The position numbers and the translations under genes are program-made. A stretch of DNA of 64,000 nt from Bradymonadia bacterium (lineage in GTDB: Bacteria > Myxococcota_A > Bradymonadia > UBA7976 > UBA1532). Of this stretch, positions 41,301 through 51,400 are shown one piece after another (position 1 is the first letter of the stretch; each line of letters starts with the position of its first letter). The stretch is from the NCBI GenBank assembly GCA_046290225.1, contig JBKAGE010000043.1, forward strand, positions 1 through 64,000, given 5' to 3'. The notes beneath the pieces are model-generated. The model had not been told where the DNA came from. It searched no databases and saw only the letters and a program-made list of their open reading frames with translations.

Positions 41301-43066
41301 CCTGAACGGTTGAGATCGGCGTAGACCGCCCCGAGCACGGGCATCAGCTCCGGGAGCGGGGCGCCGAGGGCTCGGGCCCGCTCCAGGGCATCTGCGGCGC
41401 GGAGGCTGTCTCCAGCACCATACAACGCCTGGCCGAGGTGCATGTGCAGCCTGGCGTCTGCAGGCCGCTGTACCACCAGCCCCGAGAGCAGCTGCGCCGC
41501 CTCCTGGAACCGGTCCACCGACAGCAACCCGTGGGCGAGCCTCAGGCGAGGTCGGCCGTGCTCGGGGAACCGGGTCACCAGCTGGCGCCAGCGACCGAGG
41601 GCCAGCTCGATCTCGCCATCGAGGAACTCCATACGGGCGAGCTCGTCGGCGTAGTCGGGATCAGTGGGATCGAGCTTGGTGGCCTGAGACATCATGGCTC
41701 GGGCATCGCCTCGACGACCCGCTTCTTCCAGAGCATCGCCCAGGTCGAAGTACAGGATCGCTGCTTTGGGATGATGGTCTATCCCCCGACGGAAGATGGC
41801 CGCAGCCTGCAAGTAGCGCCGCTGGCTGTAGCGCCACCGACCATAACTGCGCCAGGCCGAGAGCAAATCGGGGTGTTTGTCGACGAGGGCGCCGTACTCC
41901 ACCTCGGCCCAGCTCTCGGAGCCTGCGCTGGCGAGGGCCCGAGCCACGAGCAGGCGGCTCTCGCCCTGGCGACGCTCGTCTTCATAGAGGGCCGGGCGCA
42001 GAGTGAGCGCTTCATCGAGCCGGTTGAGCGTCACCAGAGCCTGGAATTTGAGGGCCAGGGCTTCGTGAGAGAGCGGATCTTTCTTCAGGACCCGATCAGC
42101 CCACACCAGGGCCGACCGACCATCGTCGGAGAGAAGCAGCGCTCGACCGAGGGCGAGCTGGTGATCGCGATCGTGTGGCTCGGCCTCCACCAGCGCGGTG
42201 AAATGTGCCGTGGCTCTGGCCCCTTCGCCGAGGCTCACGAGGATGTGGCCCAACACCGCTCGAGCGCGATGGTGCCCGGGGTGGCGCACCAGCACCGACT
42301 CCAGGGCATTCCGTGCCTGGTTGCGATCATTGAGCTCGAGGAACGCCCGGGCCATCAAGAAGTGGGGGGCGGCAGCGTCGGGGTGTAGAGAGACGGCCTT
42401 GAGGCTGAGGCTCATGGCCGCTGCAGGCTGACCGGTGCGCAGCGCCATGAGGCCCTGGGCCATGAAGCTCTCGTAGGCCTGAGGTGCAGCATGGAGCAGG
42501 CTGTCGAGTAGAGGTGCAGCCTCGGAGAATTGCCCTGCCTCGGTGCGCCAGCGGGCGGCGAGGGAGAGCGCGCCGATGTGCTTGGGATCCAGGTCACGGG
42601 CTCGGGCGAGGGTGATCAAGGCTGTGGCTTCGTCACCACGGGCCGCGGCGTGCCGGGCCTGAGAAACGAAGCAGGGGGCCTCGTCGGGGAACTGCTCGGC
42701 ACATTGCTCCAGAAGAGCGGCGCCGGCCTTCTCGTCCGTCAGCCGCAAGGCTTCGCCTGTAAAAGCCCACACCGCAGATGACTGCGTGTGTTGTTGTCGC
42801 AGCTTCTCCATGGCCTGGGCCAGCCGAGCCCCCTGACCCAGACGCCGGGCTGCCGTGAGCGCGCAGCGGAAGGCCCCCGTGTCAGTGGGGGTGGTTTTGA
42901 GCCGCACCAGGCAGGTCCGCAGACGCCCTTGGACAGTGGCAGGCTGCTTCGCCGGTGTCACGACAGGTGTGGGGGAGGGGGCGGCACCACAGCCAGAGAG
43001 GGGCATACACAACAGGGCGAGGAGCAGGAGAGGGCATCGCCTGAGAACAGAGAACGACGAAGACAT
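38399..43066 (-). CDS. TPR / DUF3857 / transglutaminase-like lipoprotein
   Basis: Lipobox LSGC; many TPRs; FPAVEPGSIVDY (DUF3857); GDCKD, FSHVLLYV and WLDAT form a Cys-His-Asp triad; C-terminal TPRs (LNNLAW, WDTLA). Confidence 0.9.
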   Translation of the reverse strand: MSSSFSVLRRCPLLLLALLCMPLSGCGAAPSPTPVVTPAKQPATVQGRLRTCLVRLKTTPTDTGAFRCALTAARRLGQGARLAQAMEKLRQQHTQSSAVWAFTGEALRLTDEKAGAALLEQCAEQFPDEAPCFVSQARHAAARGDEATALITLARARDLDPKHIGALSLAARWRTEAGQFSEAAPLLDSLLHAAPQAYESFMAQGLMALRTGQPAAAMSLSLKAVSLHPDAAAPHFLMARAFLELNDRNQARNALESVLVRHPGHHRARAVLGHILVSLGEGARATAHFTALVEAEPHDRDHQLALGRALLLSDDGRSALVWADRVLKKDPLSHEALALKFQALVTLNRLDEALTLRPALYEDERRQGESRLLVARALASAGSESWAEVEYGALVDKHPDLLSAWRSYGRWRYSQRRYLQAAAIFRRGIDHHPKAAILYFDLGDALEEAGRRGDARAMMSQATKLDPTDPDYADELARMEFLDGEIELALGRWRQLVTRFPEHGRPRLRLAHGLLSVDRFQEAAQLLSGLVVQRPADARLHMHLGQALYGAGDSLRAADALERARALGAPLPELMPVLGAVYADLNRSGEAIAAYQHAVRLAPTDESLRFDFAHLLQRQGQLEAAADQLRALLVRNPDHLAARQILDAMMRRDPALEGPHAVKEPGLMAAQVDPELQALAARAPSVDEAPGAVVLRDERKVKVDGGRVMQITHVRSVLVRHRSAVESHQATLIPFNVNAPPQIVQARTLTPDGAVVPVAPQMISTVNPFADTALYGEGRRLRMEFPAVEPGSIVDYTVVVGRPRSVDLGAWWDSYVLGNAEPTVRVRYTLDLPAETQYTAHAPALPAPKEQVTGGRREVIWEAHDLSGYMPRRKPSDPPVPAVHISSLEDWAAVDSWYHDLFSPSTAVDAQLKALTAKITANATDREAKIAAVYAYVESKIQYLGLEIGVGAYKPRPAVSTLARASGDCKDMTALMVAMLDTLGIKALPALVRPRDSGFVQKDHPSPAQFSHVLLYVPAQTPEQHDLWLDATSGMGTLTAVPEMLRGRLAFVVDGDGGALKHVPESDPGAHTLVEEVQMVLTPTGGGTLEARTALTGDLAGKARQHLGRLAPVARHTHLRSPGFVLGGAMSPDSITLEGLDFPEAPVTISTRHEDLDLVGVQLDGSLFYTLDVDLLEGAPLKAMTVSPQQLPARTLQRTIVLDAPEGYRFQWKPLSISLNEAGAHISIREQREGSQTRIEITLEVSDGRYSPRGIMALKGSLRRLQGALPSRLEIKPGGDFDQIAFLKLITEERPEDRRLGRMLARALIGGGEYDQAVAVLERYPDQGRSLEDLTLLSAALIEAERVPEAEQVFASLGARADAPPDVHLALASLLVAKAMHRQAISVLRGGLDHHPKHQGLGDRLVSALFHTGDLEGALVEARRQQTLRPRDPKAQRQLGDVALAMSQTQEAEQAYRAALAFGGENADVLNNLAWLLRDSPTQRGEAIGFALRATQLAPESHAAWDTLAELWFLDGRPQAAVAAIDRALALNPAQEIRYKARRRKYVAARKRAQR

Positions 43067-43347
43067 ACCAATACCTCTCTCCGGCGATGCGCCGAGCCAG
43101 AATCACATGAGCCCACCATTCATCTGAGCCACCTCTCTTCGATCACTGGGGCTGTGATCAGAGATGTCTCAAAGGTCGAAAAGGAAACAGCCTGTCTCTG
43201 TGTGCCTCGAGATTTGGACCGCCCAGGCCAGTGGCTGAATTCACCTCTTATGTGCTCTACGGCGAGATCGAGGCCAGGACTGAAGCCCTCAGGGAGAATT
43301 CGCCGCAGATAAGCGGCAGGGGGTCAGCCTATGCGGCGAGTCTGTGA

Positions 43348-44526
43348 TCAGCGCTCGCCAGAGGTGTCGTATTCAGTGACGATCCAACGGACATGGCTCA
43401 TGTTCGCGCTGGGCAGGAGAGGGCCTGCCATGCCCGAGAGGTCCACGAGAAACGCGCCGCTCCGCACATCATCTGCCGGGCCGGACTGTCCGAGGAACAG
43501 ATAGGTGACGGTGCCATCGGCGATCTCGGTCAGAGGCTGGGGCTGGCGCTCGGAGAGCAGGCCCTCCACCCCAGAGGACATGTCGGAGATGAGGGCGTCG
43601 GTGAGGGTGGTGAGAGTGCCTGGAAGCCCGCAGAAGTCGCCGCCATCGAAGATGGCCCGCTGATCGACGTCCATGCGGAACACATCATAGTGCGGTGAGA
43701 GGGGACCATCTTTCTCCGGGACGTGGCGGGCAAAGACCAGGGCACCGAGGTTGGCCGTGAAGGCAGGCTCTCGATCCCCAGCCCACACGTCCCGGCGTTG
43801 AGGATCACCGTCGGTGACCCGGCAGACTGATCCAACGCTCTCGTTGCCCACCCACAGCGTTGAGCGCATCTCACAGGCGTCACCCTCGCAGATCTCCTCG
43901 AGGCGGCTGTAGGCGAAGAGCGGCGTGCCCACCGCTGCGGTGACGTCGCGGGCCTGCACGTCGAGATCCGTGAGGGGCAACATCAGGTCGCGATCCCGGC
44001 CGGTGTTGTCGAAGGCCGACATCCACACACCCTCGGCGCCGTCGGCACACGACATCGAAAAGATGAGCCGGCGATCGTCCCGCCAGCCTACGCCGCCGGC
44101 ACCGGCGTCACAGTCATCGGGGGTGATGGCGTAAGCATCAGCGGCTCGCAGATCAAGCACCCACACCACACCGCGGTCCGAGCGATCGGCCATCTGGTGA
44201 CGCACCACCGCCACTCGGCGCCGATCTGGGGCCACGGCATGGGCGCCCCAGAACCCGGCTTCGGTGGTGATCCGCTGTACGTCGGATCCGTCGCCACGCA
44301 CGCTGTAGAGGTGCCCGCCGGCATCATCGACGGCGGCATAGGTCAGATCACCAGAGATGTTGCCCACCACCGGTCGCACCTCACCATCGGGCAGATCGAC
44401 CACCTGAGCGTCGGCAGGCACAGCGGCGTCAGGGGCGGTCGTGGCGTCGGCTGAAGTGCTCTCACCTCCGCCGTCATCACACGCCACCAGGGCGGCGAGG
44501 CAGATCCAGTGGGGTCGAATCGGCAT
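43348..44526 (-). CDS. Lipoprotein with TolB/PD40-like beta-propeller
   Basis: Lipobox LVAC; HLYSVRGDGSDVQRIT, APDRRRVA, DREPAFT and YDVFRMD. Confidence 0.65.
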   Translation of the reverse strand: MPIRPHWICLAALVACDDGGGESTSADATTAPDAAVPADAQVVDLPDGEVRPVVGNISGDLTYAAVDDAGGHLYSVRGDGSDVQRITTEAGFWGAHAVAPDRRRVAVVRHQMADRSDRGVVWVLDLRAADAYAITPDDCDAGAGGVGWRDDRRLIFSMSCADGAEGVWMSAFDNTGRDRDLMLPLTDLDVQARDVTAAVGTPLFAYSRLEEICEGDACEMRSTLWVGNESVGSVCRVTDGDPQRRDVWAGDREPAFTANLGALVFARHVPEKDGPLSPHYDVFRMDVDQRAIFDGGDFCGLPGTLTTLTDALISDMSSGVEGLLSERQPQPLTEIADGTVTYLFLGQSGPADDVRSGAFLVDLSGMAGPLLPSANMSHVRWIVTEYDTSGER

Positions 44527-44544
44527 GATCTCTCTCAGTCCTGA

Positions 44545-46188
44545 TCAGTCACAGTCATCTCGGGTCTCGTCTTCGTCGAGGGCTCGACGCCATCGAGCAG
44601 CCACTCGAGCAGCCTCTTCCAAAGCGGGCAGGGCTCGAGTGGAGACAAGATCTGCAGCATCTGCGAGGGCGCTCTGGAGCCGCTCGCGTTTGGGGGTGAG
44701 CCAGTACAACTTCGGCCCTTCGGGGCACAGCTGCTCCAATGTCACCACGATACCCGGTGCGCATACGCCCTTGGCAACCTCAAGGGCCTGCATGGGGATT
44801 GGCCAGGGGGTCACGGCGAAACGGAGCGAAAAGCCATCTCTGGCAGGGCCTCGGACCAGTTCCAGCCGGATACAGGCCCCCTCGACAGATTTCACGAAAC
44901 CCAATCGTCGAGCCTCGACTGAGGCCTGGCGATCCACCTCGAAGCCGGGCAGGGCCTGTGGGATGAGCCGCCGTGCATCGATGCCCAGCCAGGCCTCCGG
45001 CGTATCAGCGTGTCCGGCGACGCCGGCCCACCACCGACCGACCGCCGAAGGGACTACAGGCGTGAGATGCGCTGGCAGCACATCGGGGGACGTGTGATCG
45101 TGCAGAGCGTGCATCATCGCCTGCACCAGCGCAGCATATCGACGCCCTGATTCGCTTTCTGCCACGGGCCAGTGATGACGCCAGCCCCCTTCATCCTCGA
45201 GATGTTTCTGCAGAGCGGGCAGTGGGGACAAAGCCCCGTGAAGCCGCCTCGGATCATCCTCGGGGGTGGTGCACTCGAGCACGTCATCATGACTGCGTCG
45301 TTGTCCTCGGTGAATCAGCGCCTGGGCAGAGAGTTGGCCATCGATCTCTGCTGACGGGTGCAGGCGAGGCCACCACAGGGTCCAATCGTGCATGCCCCGT
45401 TGAAACCGCTGGTGATCCAACAGGCCCTCGTGGATCAAGTCTTCGAGGGCCCCGGGCTGCTGCCGTGTGGAGATGCCCGCCCTGAGCGCCGTGCCAGCCT
45501 CCCGGGCGGACCAAAGGCTCTCCAGTACGTCGAGTGGGCCCATCCACCGCCATCGGCCTCGGGGGCGGCCAGAGAGGGCCTCGGTGGCGATGCTCAGGAG
45601 GGTGGGGCTGATCTCCAGAGGCGCCAAAACCAGCGCCCATGTACCCCGCCGACCGGGCACGAGCTCTCCGGGCATGCCAGCCTCCTCGATGCAGCGCTGT
45701 TGAAGGTGCAGTAACAACTTCGGGGGCGCAGCCTCGGCCTCACCTGTGTGGGGCGAGAAGGGTGGCGTGTCGTGAGAGACTGCCTCGGGGGAGAGGCTCC
45801 AGATCCAGGGGCGCTGAGCTGTGCCCCCATCCTGATCCCACACTGTCTCTGGGGCGGTGAACACTGAGGGGCCAATGGGGCAGGTGAGCCTCAGCCCCCC
45901 ATCTGCCCCATGACTGATCCATTCCACCTCGCAGGCCACAGCCCGCCGAAGCCACACCGCGGATGCTGTGGGAGAGGTCGGACCATCATCGAGCTCGAGC
46001 CAGTGGCCCTCGAATCCATCTGGAAGGAACGGCGCCAGATCCTTCAGTGGATCGAGCGCGCGCCACGCCACATGGCCTGTGCCGGGACCGGTGAGACCAA
46101 GGTGTTGGAGGGCGGCGAGGGCCAGTGGCCAGCTGCGGCCGAGGCTGCGCGGTCGCCCGAGGAGCGGGCCGCGGTGCACACGGGTCAT
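44545..46188 (-). CDS. Hypothetical protein
   Basis: 547-aa ORF filling the gap; start overlaps the ykgJ-like stop (ATGA); no motif recognised. Confidence 0.55.
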   Translation of the reverse strand: MTRVHRGPLLGRPRSLGRSWPLALAALQHLGLTGPGTGHVAWRALDPLKDLAPFLPDGFEGHWLELDDGPTSPTASAVWLRRAVACEVEWISHGADGGLRLTCPIGPSVFTAPETVWDQDGGTAQRPWIWSLSPEAVSHDTPPFSPHTGEAEAAPPKLLLHLQQRCIEEAGMPGELVPGRRGTWALVLAPLEISPTLLSIATEALSGRPRGRWRWMGPLDVLESLWSAREAGTALRAGISTRQQPGALEDLIHEGLLDHQRFQRGMHDWTLWWPRLHPSAEIDGQLSAQALIHRGQRRSHDDVLECTTPEDDPRRLHGALSPLPALQKHLEDEGGWRHHWPVAESESGRRYAALVQAMMHALHDHTSPDVLPAHLTPVVPSAVGRWWAGVAGHADTPEAWLGIDARRLIPQALPGFEVDRQASVEARRLGFVKSVEGACIRLELVRGPARDGFSLRFAVTPWPIPMQALEVAKGVCAPGIVVTLEQLCPEGPKLYWLTPKRERLQSALADAADLVSTRALPALEEAARVAARWRRALDEDETRDDCD

Positions 46189-46739
46189 TCTGCCGCCGAG
46201 GGCCCTGTGAGGGCGGCCTCCAGTGACAGGCGAGGCTCTGGCTGCTGCCCTACGGGCTGCTCTTGCAGATACATGGTGTTGATGAGGACCAGCATCTTGT
46301 TGAGATGGTCAAGGTTGAGCACGGCTTCCGAGGTGAGGGCCTCAACGACCTGCTCAGGTGACATGTCCTCGAAATTGAGGCCACACCAGACCAGGCCTTC
46401 TTCAGCGGTTTGCACGGCGGGGCCGTGGGTCCGACAGATGACGGGCCGAGCCGGGTAGACGGCGCAGGCACCATCGGCGTCGAGAAACACGCAGCGCTCT
46501 CCGGCCTGGACCGAGGCATCGGTCAACCGAGCGCGCAGGGATTCGCGCAGGGCCTGAGGCTGAGTCGAGAGCCACTGGGCGATGGCTTCGACTTCCACCG
46601 CCCATGCCGTGCGGCGGGTACGACAGCAGCCATCACAGCCGCGTTTGCAATTGAGGTAGGGGCCCTGCAGGCGATCGACCCGGGTATTGAAGGCATCGAT
46701 CTGCCCTCGAAGCTGTCCGTAGCGCTCGAGGGCAGACAT
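46185..46739 (-). CDS. YkgJ family (CxxCxxCC) cysteine-cluster protein
   Basis: CKRGCDGCC and CVFL...CAVYPARPVICRTHG. Confidence 0.9.
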   Translation of the reverse strand: MSALERYGQLRGQIDAFNTRVDRLQGPYLNCKRGCDGCCRTRRTAWAVEVEAIAQWLSTQPQALRESLRARLTDASVQAGERCVFLDADGACAVYPARPVICRTHGPAVQTAEEGLVWCGLNFEDMSPEQVVEALTSEAVLNLDHLNKMLVLINTMYLQEQPVGQQPEPRLSLEAALTGPSAAE

Positions 46740-46742
46740 CGA

Positions 46743-48332
46743 TCACTCCTCTGCAGGGGCGCTGGCGGTGAGGTAGACCGTGGAGGCGCCACCGACGACG
46801 TTCGACTCGATGACCAGGGCGGCGATGTGAGAGCGACCCATCTCGGCGGGGCGAGCGAAGGTCACCTCCACCGTGTGGGTGTCGCCAGGGGCCAGGGTGA
46901 GATCAGCGTCGACGCCACCAGAGGAGATGCTGAACTCGGGATCGCTGCCTACACCCATAGAGACCTCGCCCATGGCGATGCTCGAGATCACCAGATCGGA
47001 CTCGCCGGTGTTGCGCAGGGTGACGCTCTGGGCCTGGGACATCCCCAGAGCCACGTCGGAGAAGTCGATGGCGGCGGGATCGACGGTGAGCGAGGCGGGG
47101 GCCTGACCACCAGAAGCCACCAGAGGTACCTCCACGACGGTGCGACGAGCATCGCCGGGGAACTCGGGGTTGTCGGCGCCGTTGTTGGCGTTGGACACCA
47201 CCTGGAGCGTGCCGTTGTTCGGCGTGTTCGGATCCGCAGGCTGGTACACCACTTCCACAGAGTCCACGGCCTGGCCCGGCGGGATGGTGAAGCTGGTGGC
47301 GGAGGCGATGCGGTAGCCCTCACCGGTGGTCTTCACGTCGAGGACCTCGAGGTTCTTGGCGCCGGTGTTGCGCAGGGTGACCAGGGTACGGGACATACCC
47401 TGGCCGAGGGCGGGCATGCGGACCGGGTTGGGGCCCACCTCGAGCACCGCGAAGACCGGAGAAGAGGTCACAGTGATGCGCAGGGGGTTGTTCTCGGGAT
47501 CATTGCTGTCCACCACGAGCACCGCTTCATCGGCCACATCGTCGGCGGGCTCGTAGATCACCCGGATCTCCTGAGCGTCCTGCTCGTTCACCACCCAGGG
47601 CAGATCCGGATCGAGCAGCTCGATGCGGTACTCGTCGATGGGGGCGCCGTTCTCGTCTTGAGGCTGCGCGGTGAGGTACTCGAGGCGCACGTCGTACACC
47701 TCGAGGGGGCCGTTGCCGGTGTTCCGCAGCAACAGGGTCTCGCTCCCCATCGCCACCCCGGGGAAGGCCACCACGGTGGGGGCCACGGAGATGCGGGGGC
47801 TCGCCGCCTGAACGTTCAGGCTCACCCGGATCTCCTGCTTGTCCCGGTCGACGACGTTGCTGGTCACCACCAGATCGGTCCCCGCAGGGGGGTTGGTGTC
47901 GATGGCCTGATAGTAGACGTCGAACTCGATGAAGGACGGATCACCCGTGTCGGTGCCCACGCCCTCGGGAGATAGGGTGAAGGGTACTTCCCGACCAGGG
48001 TTCCAGGCGTAGTAGCACTGCGCCTTCACGTCGGGAGGCAGCTCCTGCACATTGTTCACCCCCTGTTCGAAGAGGTTGCAGGCCTCGTAGCCCTCGATGG
48101 TGATCCCGGTGACGGTGAGTGGGGTCTCACCGCCTCGAGCGTCGATGGTGATCTTCTCGCCGAGCACCTCACCGGTGCGGTTGGGGCGGTTGAAGAAGAG
48201 GCTCGTGGGGCTGACCTCGATGTCGTTCGACTTGGTCTCTTCGAAGTTGTCGCCGCCGCAGCTCGCCACCAAGCTCGAGAGGAGCAGGAGGCCGAGTGAG
48301 AGACGCCCGGGGCGGGTTGTGTGTGGAGACAT
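46743..48332 (-). CDS. Lipoprotein with ~4 choice-of-anchor-D/ASH Ig-like domains
   Basis: Lipobox VASC; repeats of I.V.P....F...LRNTG...L.V...V.Y.P...L.V.SN; start ATG 48332 or GTG 48338. Confidence 0.8.
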   Translation of the reverse strand: MSPHTTRPGRLSLGLLLLSSLVASCGGDNFEETKSNDIEVSPTSLFFNRPNRTGEVLGEKITIDARGGETPLTVTGITIEGYEACNLFEQGVNNVQELPPDVKAQCYYAWNPGREVPFTLSPEGVGTDTGDPSFIEFDVYYQAIDTNPPAGTDLVVTSNVVDRDKQEIRVSLNVQAASPRISVAPTVVAFPGVAMGSETLLLRNTGNGPLEVYDVRLEYLTAQPQDENGAPIDEYRIELLDPDLPWVVNEQDAQEIRVIYEPADDVADEAVLVVDSNDPENNPLRITVTSSPVFAVLEVGPNPVRMPALGQGMSRTLVTLRNTGAKNLEVLDVKTTGEGYRIASATSFTIPPGQAVDSVEVVYQPADPNTPNNGTLQVVSNANNGADNPEFPGDARRTVVEVPLVASGGQAPASLTVDPAAIDFSDVALGMSQAQSVTLRNTGESDLVISSIAMGEVSMGVGSDPEFSISSGGVDADLTLAPGDTHTVEVTFARPAEMGRSHIAALVIESNVVGGASTVYLTASAPAEE

Positions 48333-48471
48333 GCTCACCTCGATTCAAAACGTGTGTGCAGATGCTGAGCGTTCGAGCACTGAGCGACCGAACGCTTGGC
48401 GGGCAGAAGACCTGCTTCAAGCCCCTGAGATTCACTGAGCTTTGCAGAGCCCCGCGGCCCCGCAGCGGGCA

Positions 48472-51400
48472 TCACTGGCGGCGCTGGAAGCACTCCGCCT
48501 CGTAGTCCACCTGAATGCGACTCCCGGCGGTGGGGATCTGGCCCTCGTTGAAGATCACCGAGTTGCTCTCCTCGTCGTACGCCCAGGCGCCGGGCACCGG
48601 GCGACCGTCCACGGTGACCTCGAGGCTGTCGGCCACCGCAGGGCGGCTCAAGAAGAACTGACGCTGCAGGCCAAAGGCCCGGTTGCCGATCTCCCGCAGG
48701 CTGGTACCGAAGCTGTTGTCGCAGATGCTGTACATCGCGCCGTTGGTGCGATCAGCCACCTCGCCCCAGCGCCGACCGGCAGAGGCGTTCCCGCCTGCGC
48801 CCTCGCAGTCAGAGGGGCGGCCGTTGTCGGCACCCACGATCATGCTGGTGCCCAGCAGTGACTCGTTGCGGAAACCCTTAATGTTCTTCAAGAAGTCGAT
48901 GTAGAAGTTCAGCGTGCCTGGGGAGCTGTCGTCCTCGTCGCTGAGGAACACCACCTCGAGGCGGGCCCGCTCGCGCAAGAAGCCGCGGTTGTGACCGCCG
49001 CAGAAGCCGCCGACGCACATATCAGGGGCCACGCAGTCCATGTCGTTGTTGCAGGCGATGCCCGTGTCGAAGGACAAGGGGTTGGACAGCGCCTTCTGAG
49101 CAGCCTCGAGACCCTGCTCGTCACCATCACCACCGGTGCCCACGTCGGCGTTGTTGCCCACGAGGCGGGCCGTGTCGGCGTCTCGGGTCACGATGCGGGG
49201 GTTACCCTGCAGCTTGCCGGACTGGTTCTCGTTGGTCATGTCTGTGGTGATGACACCGATCTGGAAGTTGTTCCGGAACTGATCGGCGCCCCGCAGGAAG
49301 TCGGCGATGCCGTTGCGCAGGTTCTGCTGCTCCTCGCTCATCGAACCTGAGTTGTCGACGACGAGCAGCACGTCGACCTCGCGGCCGCTCACCTGCTCGA
49401 AGACATCGCTCGTCTCGGCGTCGGGCACACCCTCACCGGTCAGAGGCACGCGGAGCTCCTGGGTGTCGCTGGCGTCGGACTCGAAGACCAGGGCGCACTC
49501 GTCGCCGCCGAGGTTCGCAGGCTCGTACTGCAGCCGCACCTCAGCGGGGATGTTCCGGTTCACCTCGATGCAGCCCTCTTCGTTGGCCACAGGGCGGTCG
49601 ACCACGAAGAACTCGTTGCAGCCGGGGCCGTCGAGGTAGATGTCGGTGATGCAGATGTTGATGATGCCGGTGTTGTAGACCGTCACCCGCTCCTCGCGGC
49701 TGGCGCACTGGCCCGCAGTGACCGCACCGAAGTCGAGCCGCTCGGGAATGACCTCGATGTCGGACTCACCGCTCACGCCCACCAGACGGCCCATGGCCAC
49801 CCGCTCCTCCATCAAGTAGGGATCGAAGTAGGTGACGTTGAGCGTGTAGACGTCGGAGTTGAACACCTGCGGGGTGTAGGTGATCTCCACGGGGTTGAAG
49901 GAGCCCGGCCCCACCTGAGGGCCCTGCAGCGGGCGGGTGATGGCGAAGCTCGGAGGGCCGAACATGATGGGGATCAGCGGGGCCACTGTCTGATCGCGGA
50001 TCTCGCAGTTCCCGGTGCCCGAGTTCACCACCTCGACCTCGCGGATGCTGAAGCCGCCGCGGCTCACCAGACCGAAGTCGGCGGGGCTCGGCACGATGAC
50101 GAGGTTGCAGGTTGGGGCGCCACCACCGACGACGCGGAGGGGCACATCCACCTGGGGCTGCTCAGGATCGTTGTTCTCGATGAGCATGTTGCCCACCGAC
50201 ACCTGATTCTCCTGCAAACCCACGTTGTTGTAGAACATGTTGAGCACCAGCAAGCCACGGGGCTCGATGGGATCGTTCACGTTGGCGCCGTCGGCGGCCT
50301 CGAAGCGGAAGTTCGGATCGCCATCGATGGCGACGCTGGAGAGCTCGAGGGGCAGATCGCCACAGTTCACCACGCGGACGGGCACAGGGCCGGCCTCGAC
50401 ACCGAGAGCCACCCGGCCGTAGTCGATGGAGCCGGGCTCCACAGAAATGCAGGGGCGCCGCACGCGGCCGCTCACGGGCACGCTGGCGAAGGGGGCCCGT
50501 GGGTCGTTGCTCTGAATCACGATGCCCGAGAGGTGTGTACCGGGCTGCTGAGGGGCGTAGGCCACGGTCATGCGCACTGCGTCGCCGGGCTCGATGGTCA
50601 GGGCGCCCTCAGGCAGGTCGAACTGGAACTGGCCGTTGATCTCGGGGGGGTTGGGCTGAGGGTAGATGCGCTCGATCTCCAGGGGCACGTCGCCGACGTT
50701 CTCCACAAGCACCGTCGCCGGCTCGGTCACTGCGCCGAGATCGACGGCGCCAAAGGCCACCGACTCCGGACTCACCAGAATGCGGGGGCTGGGCTCTTCA
50801 CCACGCAAGGGGATGGTGATGATGGGCAACAGCTCGTCGGTGGTCTCGATGACGAGATCGCCAGAGTCCTGGTTGAGCCCTGTAGGCGTGTAGAGGACCT
50901 CGTAGCTGATCTGGTTCTCGCGATCGAGGGTGGGGCGGGCCTCGAAGTCACCGGTGAGGGTGAAGTCGGGAGAGGTCTCCTCGGTGAGGTAGACATCGAC
51001 GATGTCCACGGGCACTGCACCCAGGTTGATCACCTGCAGCGCCTCCACTGCGCTCGATCCACTCGCCACGGAGCCGAAGAGCAGGCGATCCGGCGCATAG
51101 CGCAGCTCAGCCTGGGCTTCGAGGGCCTGAATGCGGACCACCGTCTCCGGGCGGTCGGGATCATTGCTCTGCAAGACCAGACTGCCGGAGTCTTCACCGG
51201 GGTTGAGCGGGGTGTAGGTCACCATGACCTCTTGAGACTCGCCGGCTTCGAGCACCAGGGGGTACTCGAACTCCGAGAAGCTGAACTCCCGCAAGTCGAG
51301 GCCGTTGGAGGGGGTCATCTCCAAGATGGCGAGCTGGGCGCCGCCCACGTTGGAGATCGTGAAGGCACGGGTCGTGGTCTCATTGAGCGAAATGCCCGAG

